Origin: Candidatus Woesearchaeota archaeon
Lineage (GTDB): Archaea > Nanobdellota > Nanobdellia > SCGC-AAA011-G17 > UBA489
Direction of reading: 5' to 3'
Assembly (NCBI GenBank): GCA_964366415.1
Contig: CAYITG010000001.1
Span: forward strand, 650,195-714,194
Length of the DNA stretch: 64,000 nt
Each line of letters begins with the position of its first letter. Position 1 is the first letter of the stretch. Position numbers and translations under genes: made by a program. Of this stretch, positions 16,543-26,447 are shown piece after piece. A model generated the notes under the pieces. That model ran no database searches and had not been told where the DNA came from. It saw nothing but the letters and a program-made list of their open reading frames with translations.

Positions 16543-17409
16543 ATGGTTTTGGAATCCTTAACCACTCCTCAAAAAGCAGAAAAGAGCCCGTGGGATCTCA
16601 TTTTTATTGGCGCCATGTATGCGGCCATTGGCGTATTCTTATCTATTTGGGTGTTTAAGGAAGAAGCGAGCATCGTGATGGTGTTATTAACTGTCATTGC
16701 TACAGTGCCCCTCGTGTTTAATACCATGCAATATGAAGAAAGCAAGGACATGGTTATTGCAAAAGAGCGAGCGCTCTTACGTGAACATGCCAAAGCTCTG
16801 ACTTTTTTTACCTTTATGTTTATGGGTTTTGTTTTTGCCTTTTCTTTTGCTTATATCTTTCTACCAGAAGAGCTTGTTACCGATATTTTTGACGCGCAAC
16901 TTAGCACTATTCAAAATATCAACAGCAAAGTTTCAGGAAGTGGTAGCTTAGAAGGTTCTTCTGTCGGTGGAACATTATTCTTACAAATTCTGGCTAATAA
17001 CTTGAAAGTTTTACTTTTTTGTTTATTTTTTGCTTTCTTCTATGGCGCTGGAGCCATGTTCATCCTCATTTGGAATGCATCAGTTATTAGCGCTGCCATT
17101 GGCACTTTTTTCAGGGACCACATCAGCGAATATGTCAGCCAGATTGGTTTTGCTAAGATTGCCGGCTATTTTCATATCTTTTCGTTAAGTTTATTAAGGT
17201 ACTTTATCCATGGAATCCCAGAAATCCTTGGATATTTCATCGGGGGGTTAGCAGGAGGAATCATTTCAGTTGCAGTGATTCGACATGATTTTGGCACACC
17301 ACTTTTCAATCGCATTTTGGTTGATAGTATGTATCTGATTATGTTGGCTATATTTGTTCTTGTCATTGCAGCGCTCATTGAAGTGTTTGTCACTCCTCTT
17401 TTCTTTTAA
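16543..17409 (+). CDS. SpoIIM/DUF95-like integral membrane protein
   Basis: It is a multi-TM protein with a central motif ILANNLKV...FYGAGAMFILIWNASVI that resembles stage II sporulation protein M family proteins. Confidence 0.4.
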   Translation: MVLESLTTPQKAEKSPWDLIFIGAMYAAIGVFLSIWVFKEEASIVMVLLTVIATVPLVFNTMQYEESKDMVIAKERALLREHAKALTFFTFMFMGFVFAFSFAYIFLPEELVTDIFDAQLSTIQNINSKVSGSGSLEGSSVGGTLFLQILANNLKVLLFCLFFAFFYGAGAMFILIWNASVISAAIGTFFRDHISEYVSQIGFAKIAGYFHIFSLSLLRYFIHGIPEILGYFIGGLAGGIISVAVIRHDFGTPLFNRILVDSMYLIMLAIFVLVIAALIEVFVTPLFF

Positions 17410-17410
17410 T

Positions 17411-20029
17411 ATGGAAACAGCTACAACTTTGGAACAGCGAAAACAGAAGCTTCTCTCTTTTTTTACTCAGAGAAAAAATCTTTTAGTTTACGTTGGCTTA
17501 TTTTTCATTCTTCTTTTAAGTTATATCATGCGTATACGTAACTTGCCCCTCTTGAAAGATGTGACGACTGGAAATTATATTCCTGTAGAACTTGATTCTT
17601 TTGCTTTCTTACGTTATGCACAATATATTCTAGAACATGGGCATATTATGGATTTTGATCTTATGCGTTATTATCCTAATGGATATTATCCTGCAAATGA
17701 ATTTTCTTTTGTTTCCCATTTTATTGTGTGGTTGTATAAATTTTTGCACATGTTTAATTCCAACCTCACTTTAGAGTATGTAGATGCTATTTATCCACCT
17801 CTCGCTTTTGTTGTTGGATTAATTTTCTTTTTCCTTCTTGTTCGCCGCCTTTTTGACTGGCGTGTTGCTCTTTTGGGTAGCGCATTCCTTGCCGTTATTC
17901 CTCCCTATATCTATCGCACTATGGCAGGATTTTCTGATAAGGAAGCATTAGGAATGATGTTTTTCTTTGTATCCTTGTATTTATTCACTGCTTCTTGGCA
18001 AACATCTTCTCTCAAAAAATCCCTCTCTCTTGCTGCTCTTTCAGGGATTATGACTGCACTTATGGCACTCTCTTGGGGGGGAGTTTACTTTGTTTTTCTT
18101 ACTATAGGACTCTATGCCCTTTATATGGTTGTTTTTGACTATTTTACTCCAAAAGAATATTATGATTATGCCACGTGGTGTATTTTTTCTATTCTTTTCT
18201 CGACGGTTGTTTTTACCACTAGATTTACTCTTTCCGGAGCGTTTAATTCCCTCCTCTTTATTCCTTTAAACTTGGCTCTTGTTGTCGGATTCTTTCGCTA
18301 TCTTATTTTACGTTATAACTTCTTTAATCTGCAACACCGCTTCCAAAAATTCTTTCCCTTAGGCATTACTACTGCGATCATCTCTTCACTTCTTATTTTA
18401 CTTCTTTTTGTCTCTACACATGGTTTCCAAAGTCTTTTTTACCGCGTACAAGATTTTATCACGAGCATTTTAACACCTTACGCTGCTAGCCGTTGGGGTG
18501 TTACTGTAGCTGAGAGCCATCAACCTTACATTAGCGATTGGTTTTCTCAATTTGGCAATTTTTATTTTTGGACATTCCTGATTGGCGTTTTACTTTTTGT
18601 TTTTTACACTTTTATTGTACGACTTAAACATCGCCTCCTTATCACTTCCGGATATGTCATTTTTCTTGTTTTCTTCCTCATGAGCAGATACTCTTCTCAA
18701 CCTCCATTTGATGGTGTTTCATCTTTAGCACGCCTTTTCTATTTTGGTTCTCTTCTCTTTTTTGTAGCCGGACTTCTTTTTATTTATTGGTACAGCTATA
18801 AACATCATAAGGAGTTATACTCTCAACTCTTTTCTTTGAAAAAAGAATATATCTTTGTTTTTGTATGGCTTTTTGTTCAACTTGTCACTGCACGCCTTGC
18901 TATTCGACTCCTTTTTGTTTTTGCTCCTCTTACTGCAATTATTGTAGCATTTCTTTATGTTAAAATCTATGATCTTTCTCGTTCCATCCCTTCAACCTTT
19001 GCTCGTTACGCTTTTGTCCTCGCTGTCGTTTATCTCTTATTTTCTCCTTTTGTTTCTATAAGCCTGGTTTCTTATTACCAACAAGATTTACGAACAGTGG
19101 GTTATAGTGGGCCGGCATATACTCAACAATGGCAAATTGCTATGGACTGGGTGAGAAAGAACACTCCTGAGGATGCCGTATTCGCTCATTGGTGGGACTA
19201 TGGATACTGGGTTCAGGGCGGCGGACAACGAGCCACGCTTACTGATGGTGGAAACTCAGGAGGTCCGGCATTAAATCATTTTATGGGGCGTAATGTTATT
19301 ACTGGAGCTAACTCAACAGAGGCCCTTGAATTCTTGAAAGTAAAGAAAGCAACACATCTCTTGATTATTTCTGATGAAATCGGCAAGTACGGCGCTTTTT
19401 CAAGCATCGGCTCTAACCAGACTTATGACCGTTTTTCTGTCATTCCCACTTTTACTCTTTCTCCATCAGAAAGTAAGGAACAACGTGATCAAACACTTTT
19501 TGTCTATCGTGGTTCTGCCGCATTTGATGAAGACATTTACTTTGATGGACAACTGTTCCCTGCACGCAGCTCAGGCATTGCTGCCATTATGGTTCCTATC
19601 TCTGTCAAAGATAACCGCACCAGCATCCAGCAACCTCGAGCAGTTGTTGTTTACCAAAATCAACAATATTCTATTCCTCTGAAATGTGTTTTTGTGGACC
19701 GCAAAGAAATCGTTTTCCCTGAACCAGGGATACGAGCATGCCTCCAGATTATTCCTGCTATCGAAGGAAATTCTGTCAATGTTCTTGGGGGAGGATTATA
19801 TCTTTCACAAAAAGTTTGGAACACACTCTTTACCCACATGTACCTCTTCGACCAGAAATGGGAAGGATTTACTTTAGCCTATACTGACGAACAATCTGTG
19901 CCTCTTGCCTTATATAATGGTCGAACTTTTGGGCCTCTTAAAATTTGGAGCATTACTTATCCTGATTCTATTCCCTATAACCCTCATTATGAAGAACTTG
20001 AATTAGATGCTTCTTTATCTTTAGTTTGA
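17411..20029 (+). CDS. aglB: oligosaccharyltransferase AglB (STT3 family)
   Basis: The N-terminal ~13 TM region is followed by a soluble C-terminal domain carrying the catalytic WWDYGYW motif. The start was moved to the internal ATG (METATT...) to avoid overlap with the upstream gene. Confidence 0.85.
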   Translation: METATTLEQRKQKLLSFFTQRKNLLVYVGLFFILLLSYIMRIRNLPLLKDVTTGNYIPVELDSFAFLRYAQYILEHGHIMDFDLMRYYPNGYYPANEFSFVSHFIVWLYKFLHMFNSNLTLEYVDAIYPPLAFVVGLIFFFLLVRRLFDWRVALLGSAFLAVIPPYIYRTMAGFSDKEALGMMFFFVSLYLFTASWQTSSLKKSLSLAALSGIMTALMALSWGGVYFVFLTIGLYALYMVVFDYFTPKEYYDYATWCIFSILFSTVVFTTRFTLSGAFNSLLFIPLNLALVVGFFRYLILRYNFFNLQHRFQKFFPLGITTAIISSLLILLLFVSTHGFQSLFYRVQDFITSILTPYAASRWGVTVAESHQPYISDWFSQFGNFYFWTFLIGVLLFVFYTFIVRLKHRLLITSGYVIFLVFFLMSRYSSQPPFDGVSSLARLFYFGSLLFFVAGLLFIYWYSYKHHKELYSQLFSLKKEYIFVFVWLFVQLVTARLAIRLLFVFAPLTAIIVAFLYVKIYDLSRSIPSTFARYAFVLAVVYLLFSPFVSISLVSYYQQDLRTVGYSGPAYTQQWQIAMDWVRKNTPEDAVFAHWWDYGYWVQGGGQRATLTDGGNSGGPALNHFMGRNVITGANSTEALEFLKVKKATHLLIISDEIGKYGAFSSIGSNQTYDRFSVIPTFTLSPSESKEQRDQTLFVYRGSAAFDEDIYFDGQLFPARSSGIAAIMVPISVKDNRTSIQQPRAVVVYQNQQYSIPLKCVFVDRKEIVFPEPGIRACLQIIPAIEGNSVNVLGGGLYLSQKVWNTLFTHMYLFDQKWEGFTLAYTDEQSVPLALYNGRTFGPLKIWSITYPDSIPYNPHYEELELDASLSLV

Positions 20030-20863
20030 CTTCTGAGCTATCACGTATAGTTCGTCGTAAAAATTACACGACATGCTTATTTTCATGAAGCTTGCCGGAA
20101 CAATTTTTTCTAATACTCTCATTTCTTTCCACACTCTCTGGCCCTTTTGAATAATTGTTCCCATCTTCCTCCATCTTCCTATATGCTTCATCTCTTTTAT
20201 TACAAACCCTTCACTTTCTAGCACTTTTCTTAATGTTTTTCTTGAAAAATATATAAGATGTTCATTTGGCTTGAAGTGTGGCCACCTTTTTTTTAGAACT
20301 TTAGCAGCATAACTGCCAACATCTGGAGTTACGATAAAGATTATTCCTTGAGGTTTTACTACTCTTTTTACTTGTTGTAATAATTCTTGCGGATTATGAA
20401 CGTGCTCAATCAAATCATTCATGATAACAGCATCAAAAAAATTTTTTTGAAATTTTACTTTTGCTACTGTTCCCTTGAAGAATTTTATACCTTTTTTGAG
20501 GCATTCTTTTTTAACTCCCTCATTAATGTCGATGCCATATGTTTTCCAACCAGATTCTTTAGCAACCTCAAGAAATGTTCCTATATTGCACCCTATGTCC
20601 AATATCTTTCCTTTTTCTGCATATTTTTCTATTATTTGTAACCTTTTTTGGAATGTAATATAATCTTCCTCTTTTGTTTCCTTATAATACACGCTCGGAG
20701 ATATTACCTCAGCATTATACAATCTTTGACTTTCTTTTACTGTTAGACGTGGATTGACATATACCAGTGAACATCTCTTGCACTTGACTACATCAAAACT
20801 TTCTTTATTGAATAGTATTTTATCGTCTCTTTCCTTGCATAAAGGACAGGCTGTTTCTTCCAT
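20021..20863 (-). CDS. class I SAM-dependent methyltransferase with an N-terminal zinc ribbon
   Basis: The N-terminus has CPLC...CKRC. Motif I is ILDIGCNIGTF, followed by the acidic motif II. Confidence 0.75.
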   Translation of the reverse strand: MEETACPLCKERDDKILFNKESFDVVKCKRCSLVYVNPRLTVKESQRLYNAEVISPSVYYKETKEEDYITFQKRLQIIEKYAEKGKILDIGCNIGTFLEVAKESGWKTYGIDINEGVKKECLKKGIKFFKGTVAKVKFQKNFFDAVIMNDLIEHVHNPQELLQQVKRVVKPQGIIFIVTPDVGSYAAKVLKKRWPHFKPNEHLIYFSRKTLRKVLESEGFVIKEMKHIGRWRKMGTIIQKGQRVWKEMRVLEKIVPASFMKISMSCNFYDELYVIAQKSN

Positions 20864-20921
20864 TTTCTTTCTTAACTCCTTCTTGGCGTTAATATTATAA
20901 AGCTTCCTTATTTTTTATATC

Positions 20922-21659
20922 ATGGTTTTCCCTATGGCAAAAAAACAAAGCGTCGCTATTGTTATTCCCGTGTATTACAAAGAGGCACCTACATTAGCTG
21001 ATCGCATCAAAGAGCAACTTCGTTTTTATCAAAAGGCACTTCGTAACTATAATTGGACTATTGTCATAGCTAATAATGGCCCTCGGAAAGATGTTCTTCC
21101 TGTTGTGCAGAGCCTTATGAAAAAAAATCCTCATCTTACTTATACCGATATTGATACGCCTGGAAGAGGCATCGCGCTTCGCCATACTTGGCTTCAGAGT
21201 AAATGTGACTTCCTTACTTATATGGATGCAGACCTTGCTACAAACCTTAACTCTTTTCCCCATATGCTTTCTCTTCTTTCAACAACACATGATGTTGTCA
21301 TTGGATCCCGATATGCTGCTGGAGCTCAAATACGTCGTACTTTTACTCGTTTGTTTTTATCTAAAGTATACAACTTCCTTCTTAATGTAGTACTTGACCT
21401 GGACATTGCTGACTCGCAATGTGGTTTTAAAGGAATTCGCAGAGAAGTTGCACAAAAAGTTATTCCCCATATCAAAGATCAAAAGTGGTTTTTTGATACA
21501 GAACTCCTTTTTGTAGCAAAAAAAATGGGATATTCTCTTCATGAAATTCCTGTTGAATGGTATGAACAGAATGAAACAAGCGTTAAACTCATTTCTGTTT
21601 CTTTGGACTATATCAAAAATATCTTACGATTACGCTTCCATCCTCCCACTACCACTTAG
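20922..21659 (+). CDS. GT2 glycosyltransferase, polyprenyl/dolichyl-phosphate sugar synthase-like (DPM1/GtrB-like)
   Basis: It has a DAD motif (YMDADLAT) and a C-terminal ELLFVAKKMGYSLHEIPVEW. The length is ~245 aa. Confidence 0.7.
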   Translation: MVFPMAKKQSVAIVIPVYYKEAPTLADRIKEQLRFYQKALRNYNWTIVIANNGPRKDVLPVVQSLMKKNPHLTYTDIDTPGRGIALRHTWLQSKCDFLTYMDADLATNLNSFPHMLSLLSTTHDVVIGSRYAAGAQIRRTFTRLFLSKVYNFLLNVVLDLDIADSQCGFKGIRREVAQKVIPHIKDQKWFFDTELLFVAKKMGYSLHEIPVEWYEQNETSVKLISVSLDYIKNILRLRFHPPTTT

Positions 21660-21730
21660 GAGCAAATTTTTTTCTCTTAATTTTTTATGACGCAATCTTT
21701 ATTAAGGACTAATCAGACTTCCTTATTTCT

Positions 21731-23299
21731 ATGCCCCGTCCTTCCCGCACCTCTTTACAGGTTATCCAAACTCCTGATTTTGTTAGTCATGCATCTGAAA
21801 ACAATAAAGTTGATATAGCCAAAACTTCTTATCAACAATTCCTTCTTTCACGTAAAGGTTTTCAAAAAAAGAAACTTTTACTTGTTATTCCTAACATTGT
21901 TGGCGATAAGATTGCCGCAACAGCCCCTTTGCCGGGCGTTGCTTATATTGCTGGGTTTGTGAGATCTGTAGGACATGATGTCCGTGTTGTTGATATGCGT
22001 GTTGATAGTCATATCAATCACCTTTACAGTTCTATTCGCGAATACCAGCCTGATTTTATTGGTCTTAGTTTTATGACGCAGCATGAATTTGATAAAATTT
22101 TTGAATTTATCAGCAATTTACATCAAACCTACCCTCAAGCGAAACTAGTTGTTGGAGGAGCCGGAGCATCAGGACTATATGACCGCGTCTTGCGTGAAAC
22201 TGCGGTTGATTATGTCATTACCCGTGAAGGCGAATACACTCTTGTTCAACTTATGGACCATATCCTTGATATAAAAAATATTAGTGGACTCATTTGGAAA
22301 CAAAATAGTGAGATTATCAAAAACCCTCATCGCAAATTTGAATTCAATGTTGATGAATTACCTTTTCCAGCGTATGATTTATTCCCCATGCATGCTTATG
22401 TTGATCGCAAGATTCCTGTCGTAACATCGCGTGGCTGCCCTTACAAGTGTACATTCTGTGCGAACAAAGCTTCTATGGGTGTCGCTTGGAGACCGCGTAG
22501 CCCTGAAAATATTTTACAAGAACTTAGTTTTTGGTATAACAAAGGATTTAACGTATTCCACTTTGTTGATGATAATTTCACCCTCGATATGCAACGCGCA
22601 GAAAAGATTTGTGATCTTATTATTCAGAGCGGTATCAAAATTAAATGGGATTTACGAAATGGTATCCGTGTAGATCGTGTCAATGAACAACTCCTAACGA
22701 AGATGAAACAATCTGGCTGTTTCTATTTTGCTTTTGGAATAGAATCTGTAGATCAAGATGTCTTAGATAAGATGAAGAAAGATTTGGCTGTTGAAAAAAT
22801 TGAGGAAGGAGTACGCGTAGCCGAGAAAGTTGGCATTCCCTTTGGCGGATTTTTTATTATAGGCCTTCTTGATGACACTTTTGAAAAATTCCTCAAGCTA
22901 TATAACTTTGCTCAATCGCATAACTTTTCTGAAGTACGTTTTTATAATCCTATTCCTTTTCCAGGAACTGAACTTTATGAAGAGCTCGTACAACGAAAAT
23001 TATTGCTTGTCGATCCTTCTGATTACTTGAATTATAACTCTAAGTTTAATGACGAACCTGTCTTTGCCACTCCAGAATTCACCTATGAAGAACGTAAAAA
23101 AGCCTTACGCATGGGACAAGATCTTGTTATGTCAAAATTTTTGAAGAAGGAATTTGGCTCTCTTCTTGGAACGTTTGCCTATCATGTTTGGAAAATGCCC
23201 TTGCTACGCCCTATCGCACAAGATGCGGGCATGTTCGCTTGGAAAACACTTCGGAAATTACGTCGAAGCTCCTTGCATGAGGGTTGGGCAACACATTAA
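21731..23299 (+). CDS. B12-binding domain radical SAM protein
   Basis: An N-terminal cobalamin-binding-like domain is followed by CPYKCTFC (Cx3Cx2C). Confidence 0.8.
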   Translation: MPRPSRTSLQVIQTPDFVSHASENNKVDIAKTSYQQFLLSRKGFQKKKLLLVIPNIVGDKIAATAPLPGVAYIAGFVRSVGHDVRVVDMRVDSHINHLYSSIREYQPDFIGLSFMTQHEFDKIFEFISNLHQTYPQAKLVVGGAGASGLYDRVLRETAVDYVITREGEYTLVQLMDHILDIKNISGLIWKQNSEIIKNPHRKFEFNVDELPFPAYDLFPMHAYVDRKIPVVTSRGCPYKCTFCANKASMGVAWRPRSPENILQELSFWYNKGFNVFHFVDDNFTLDMQRAEKICDLIIQSGIKIKWDLRNGIRVDRVNEQLLTKMKQSGCFYFAFGIESVDQDVLDKMKKDLAVEKIEEGVRVAEKVGIPFGGFFIIGLLDDTFEKFLKLYNFAQSHNFSEVRFYNPIPFPGTELYEELVQRKLLLVDPSDYLNYNSKFNDEPVFATPEFTYEERKKALRMGQDLVMSKFLKKEFGSLLGTFAYHVWKMPLLRPIAQDAGMFAWKTLRKLRRSSLHEGWATH

Positions 23300-23353
23300 T
23301 AAATCCCTTCTTCTACGAAACCTTTAAAAGTTTCTTTCTTTGATGCCTTTCTT

Positions 23354-24772
23354 ATGCGCATCGTCTTTATTACTCCACCTTATAGCATTAGCGAACGCTA
23401 CCACACCAAAGCTAAAATCAATAAAGGTTATCTTCCTCCTTTAGGTTTAGCTTCTATAGCGACAGTACTCAAAGAAGCAGGACATCATATAAAAATTCTT
23501 GATCTCCAAGTGCTTAATTACTCTTTAGAGAACATTCGTCAAGAGCTCACCGCATTTTCACCAGATCTTATTGCACTTTCTGCTGTTACTCCCACCATTG
23601 ATAAAGCATATCTTCTTGCAAATTTTATTCGTACTCATTTTGGTGTTCCCCTTATATTTGGCGGAGTACATCCCTCTATGTATCCGGAACAGACCCTTAA
23701 AGAATGCGTAGCTGTCGATGTCGTCGTTATTGGAGAAGCTGAATATACTTTCCGCGAACTTGCTGCCCTGCTTGAAAAGGGGACTCCTCTTAACAATCTA
23801 AAAGATGTACGAGGGGTTTGCTATAGAAATAAAAGTGGCAAAATAATAAGGAATTTACCACGTCCACTTATCATGAATCTTAATGAATTACCTATAGCCT
23901 CGCGTGAATTTTTTGATATGGACAAATACATTCCCTTACCAAATCAATACAAAATTCTTCCTGTTACCAATATGATGGTTGGCAGAGGGTGTCCTTATGG
24001 GCAATGCACTTTCTGTTTTGAAGCTGGAGATTTTAAACCTCTTTATCGTCGTGTTACTGTTGATAGGGCTATTGAAGAGATTCAAATGCTTATACATAAA
24101 CATGGCATTCGAGAGATTTCTTTTTGGGATGATGTTTTTCTTATTGGAACACGGTGGACCACTGATTTTTTTGAAGCTTTAAAACGAGAAAAGATAGATA
24201 TACAATGGTCTTGTTATGGATACTTTAATTATCTTACCCATGATATGCTGAAACAAGCAGCTTCTGTTGGGTGTTGGAATATTTTCTTTGGTATTGAAAG
24301 TGGAAATCAAATGTTGCTTGACACCATCAAAAAAGGATTTAATTTAGACAAAGCAAAGCAAGTGATTGCTTGGACACGTGAAGCAGGCATTGAAACACGA
24401 GGTTCTTTTATTTTAGGATTGCCAAATGAAACACCCAAACTTGCTATGGAAACTATCAACTTCGCTATTGATCTTGATTTAGACTACGCGCAGTTTACTC
24501 TTAATACCCCCTTCCCTGGAACTGAGATGTGGAAAACAGGTGGACGATATGGGGCGATTGATACTACATTTAAAGATTACTCCGTTCATAATCCTGTTTA
24601 TTTACCGAAGGGTTATTCTACTAAGGAAGAACTTCTTGCCATGCAGAAACTTGCTTATCGTAAATTTTATTTCAGACCACATTATATCCTTAAGCACCTC
24701 AAGAGAATTCGTACTTTTACTGATGTTAAAAAATATGCTTCTGGACTACGTTTCTTAATAGGTATGCAGTAA
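23354..24772 (+). CDS. B12-binding domain radical SAM protein
   Basis: An N-terminal B12-binding-like domain is followed by CPYGQCTFC. The Cys spacing is the variant Cx4Cx2C. Confidence 0.75.
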   Translation: MRIVFITPPYSISERYHTKAKINKGYLPPLGLASIATVLKEAGHHIKILDLQVLNYSLENIRQELTAFSPDLIALSAVTPTIDKAYLLANFIRTHFGVPLIFGGVHPSMYPEQTLKECVAVDVVVIGEAEYTFRELAALLEKGTPLNNLKDVRGVCYRNKSGKIIRNLPRPLIMNLNELPIASREFFDMDKYIPLPNQYKILPVTNMMVGRGCPYGQCTFCFEAGDFKPLYRRVTVDRAIEEIQMLIHKHGIREISFWDDVFLIGTRWTTDFFEALKREKIDIQWSCYGYFNYLTHDMLKQAASVGCWNIFFGIESGNQMLLDTIKKGFNLDKAKQVIAWTREAGIETRGSFILGLPNETPKLAMETINFAIDLDLDYAQFTLNTPFPGTEMWKTGGRYGAIDTTFKDYSVHNPVYLPKGYSTKEELLAMQKLAYRKFYFRPHYILKHLKRIRTFTDVKKYASGLRFLIGMQ

Positions 24773-24848
24773 CTGAACCTCCTTCTTCTTTCTTTTGAAA
24801 TGTTTTTATTGGTAACCTTTATAAAACTCTTTTAAACCTCTCTTCTCT

Positions 24849-26447
24849 ATGGGCAACCTCAAACACTTTTTTTATGAACATCGCATTTTTTTCTTTTTGT
24901 TACTTCTTGCCCTCATTTTACGCCTCATTTTCCTTCCTTATGCAAAATTTGAGAATGAAACTGCTCGCGACCTTGTTCTTGCCAATGAAATGATAGATCA
25001 TCATAATCTCCGCCTAAAGGGACTTTCCCCGGAAGTTGATCCCGGTTCTCTACAACAATCTTTTGGGCCCATCTTTTATTACTTCTTAGCATTTTCTCAG
25101 TTTATTTTTAGGCATCCTTATTCTGCAGTGGTTCTCATCACTCTCTTTACTCTCTTAGGGATTTTCCTTTTTTATCTCTTTGTCGATCGTTACTACGGAC
25201 GAAAAGCCGCCATTCTTTCTGCAGCATTCTTTTCCTTCAATCCCTGGATTTTTGCTTTTGTTTCCTTGAATTTTGCAAATCCGAGTTTCCTTCTTCCTTT
25301 TGTTATTCTCCTTTATTTTTCACTTCATAAAATTATTATTGATCATCAAGACGCCTACCTTATCTTAACTGCTGTTTCTCTTGCCTCGCTTTTACAGTTT
25401 CATCTATCTTCTTTGCTTCTTTTACCCATTGTCTTTCTTTTTTTGATTCTTTTCCGTCCTTCTCTTTTTCTTAGCAAATATTTTTTCCTTGCTTTAATTG
25501 TTGGATTATTATTCTTTATCCCTTACATCATTTATACTTTGCAGCATGATTCTCTTGCACGAACATTAGATTTTGTTTTTACTTCACGTTATGAAGCAAC
25601 ACGTTTCGAAAACTTTCGTGATTCTGTTAGTATTCCTTTTATGTTGGCAACAACGTATCTTGGCCCTTACCTTCTTGGCTCTTTTCACATTTTCAATAAT
25701 ACCTTTTTTGAATACTTCTTCCTTTTTTTAGATCTTGTTATCTCTTCTTTTATTGGCTTAAGCATCCTTTTTATTCTTCGTACACTTTTTTCGCGACCTT
25801 TTTTTACACGAGACCATCTTAAAGCATTTTTACTCCTTGGATGGTTCCTTTTCCCCATTATTCTTGCTATTATTCCTGGAACTAATGTTTCGCCGCACTA
25901 TTTATTCATCACTTATCCTTCACAATTTCTTCTTCTTGCTCTTTTTTTCCTTCGCCCCTCTTTTTCAAAATATCTTCGTTTTTCCTTTATCGCCCTCACA
26001 CTTCTTGCTTATATTATCTATAATATCTCTTTTTATATTTCCATTATTGCTTATGGGGGAACAGACGGCATCTATGGAATTCCCCTCCAGAGCAAAATTA
26101 ATGTCCTCACTTATGTTAACGCTGCACAACCACAAGGTACTTTGCTTTTCTATGGTTATGTGAAACCAGAGTATGAGTACTTGCAACCTTACTATGCACA
26201 GCATATCACTCTTGATGTTATTGATCATTATACAAAGAACATGACTGGCTACATCCTTCTTGACTTTTATAGCAGAGGCAACTTTGCTGAACGGAATATG
26301 ACTCATGAAGAACGCGCTTTTTACCAAAATCTTCCTTCTGTTCATGTAGGACATATCCGACTTGTTTCTCTTGAAGATTATGCATCTGTGATATCCATAG
26401 ATAACTTTAAAAGGACATCTCTTAGGCAATCTTTAGATGATTTATGA
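24849..26447 (+). CDS. GT-C fold membrane glycosyltransferase (ArnT/PMT-like, family 39/83-like)
   Basis: It is 532 aa with >10 TM segments. An acidic ENETARD motif sits in the first external loop. Confidence 0.45.
   Translation: MGNLKHFFYEHRIFFFLLLLALILRLIFLPYAKFENETARDLVLANEMIDHHNLRLKGLSPEVDPGSLQQSFGPIFYYFLAFSQFIFRHPYSAVVLITLFTLLGIFLFYLFVDRYYGRKAAILSAAFFSFNPWIFAFVSLNFANPSFLLPFVILLYFSLHKIIIDHQDAYLILTAVSLASLLQFHLSSLLLLPIVFLFLILFRPSLFLSKYFFLALIVGLLFFIPYIIYTLQHDSLARTLDFVFTSRYEATRFENFRDSVSIPFMLATTYLGPYLLGSFHIFNNTFFEYFFLFLDLVISSFIGLSILFILRTLFSRPFFTRDHLKAFLLLGWFLFPIILAIIPGTNVSPHYLFITYPSQFLLLALFFLRPSFSKYLRFSFIALTLLAYIIYNISFYISIIAYGGTDGIYGIPLQSKINVLTYVNAAQPQGTLLFYGYVKPEYEYLQPYYAQHITLDVIDHYTKNMTGYILLDFYSRGNFAERNMTHEERAFYQNLPSVHVGHIRLVSLEDYASVISIDNFKRTSLRQSLDDL

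Noticed and set aside
17354-17410. Upstream extension of the AglB ORF (MFLSLQRSLKCLSLLFSFN)
   Set aside because: It overlaps the last 56 nt of the SpoIIM-like gene. The ATG at 17411 immediately follows the upstream stop.
20161-20180. Direct repeat CCATCTTCCT-CCATCTTCCT
   Set aside because: It is a short 10-nt tandem inside the methyltransferase CDS, with no spacer-repeat periodicity. It is not CRISPR-like.
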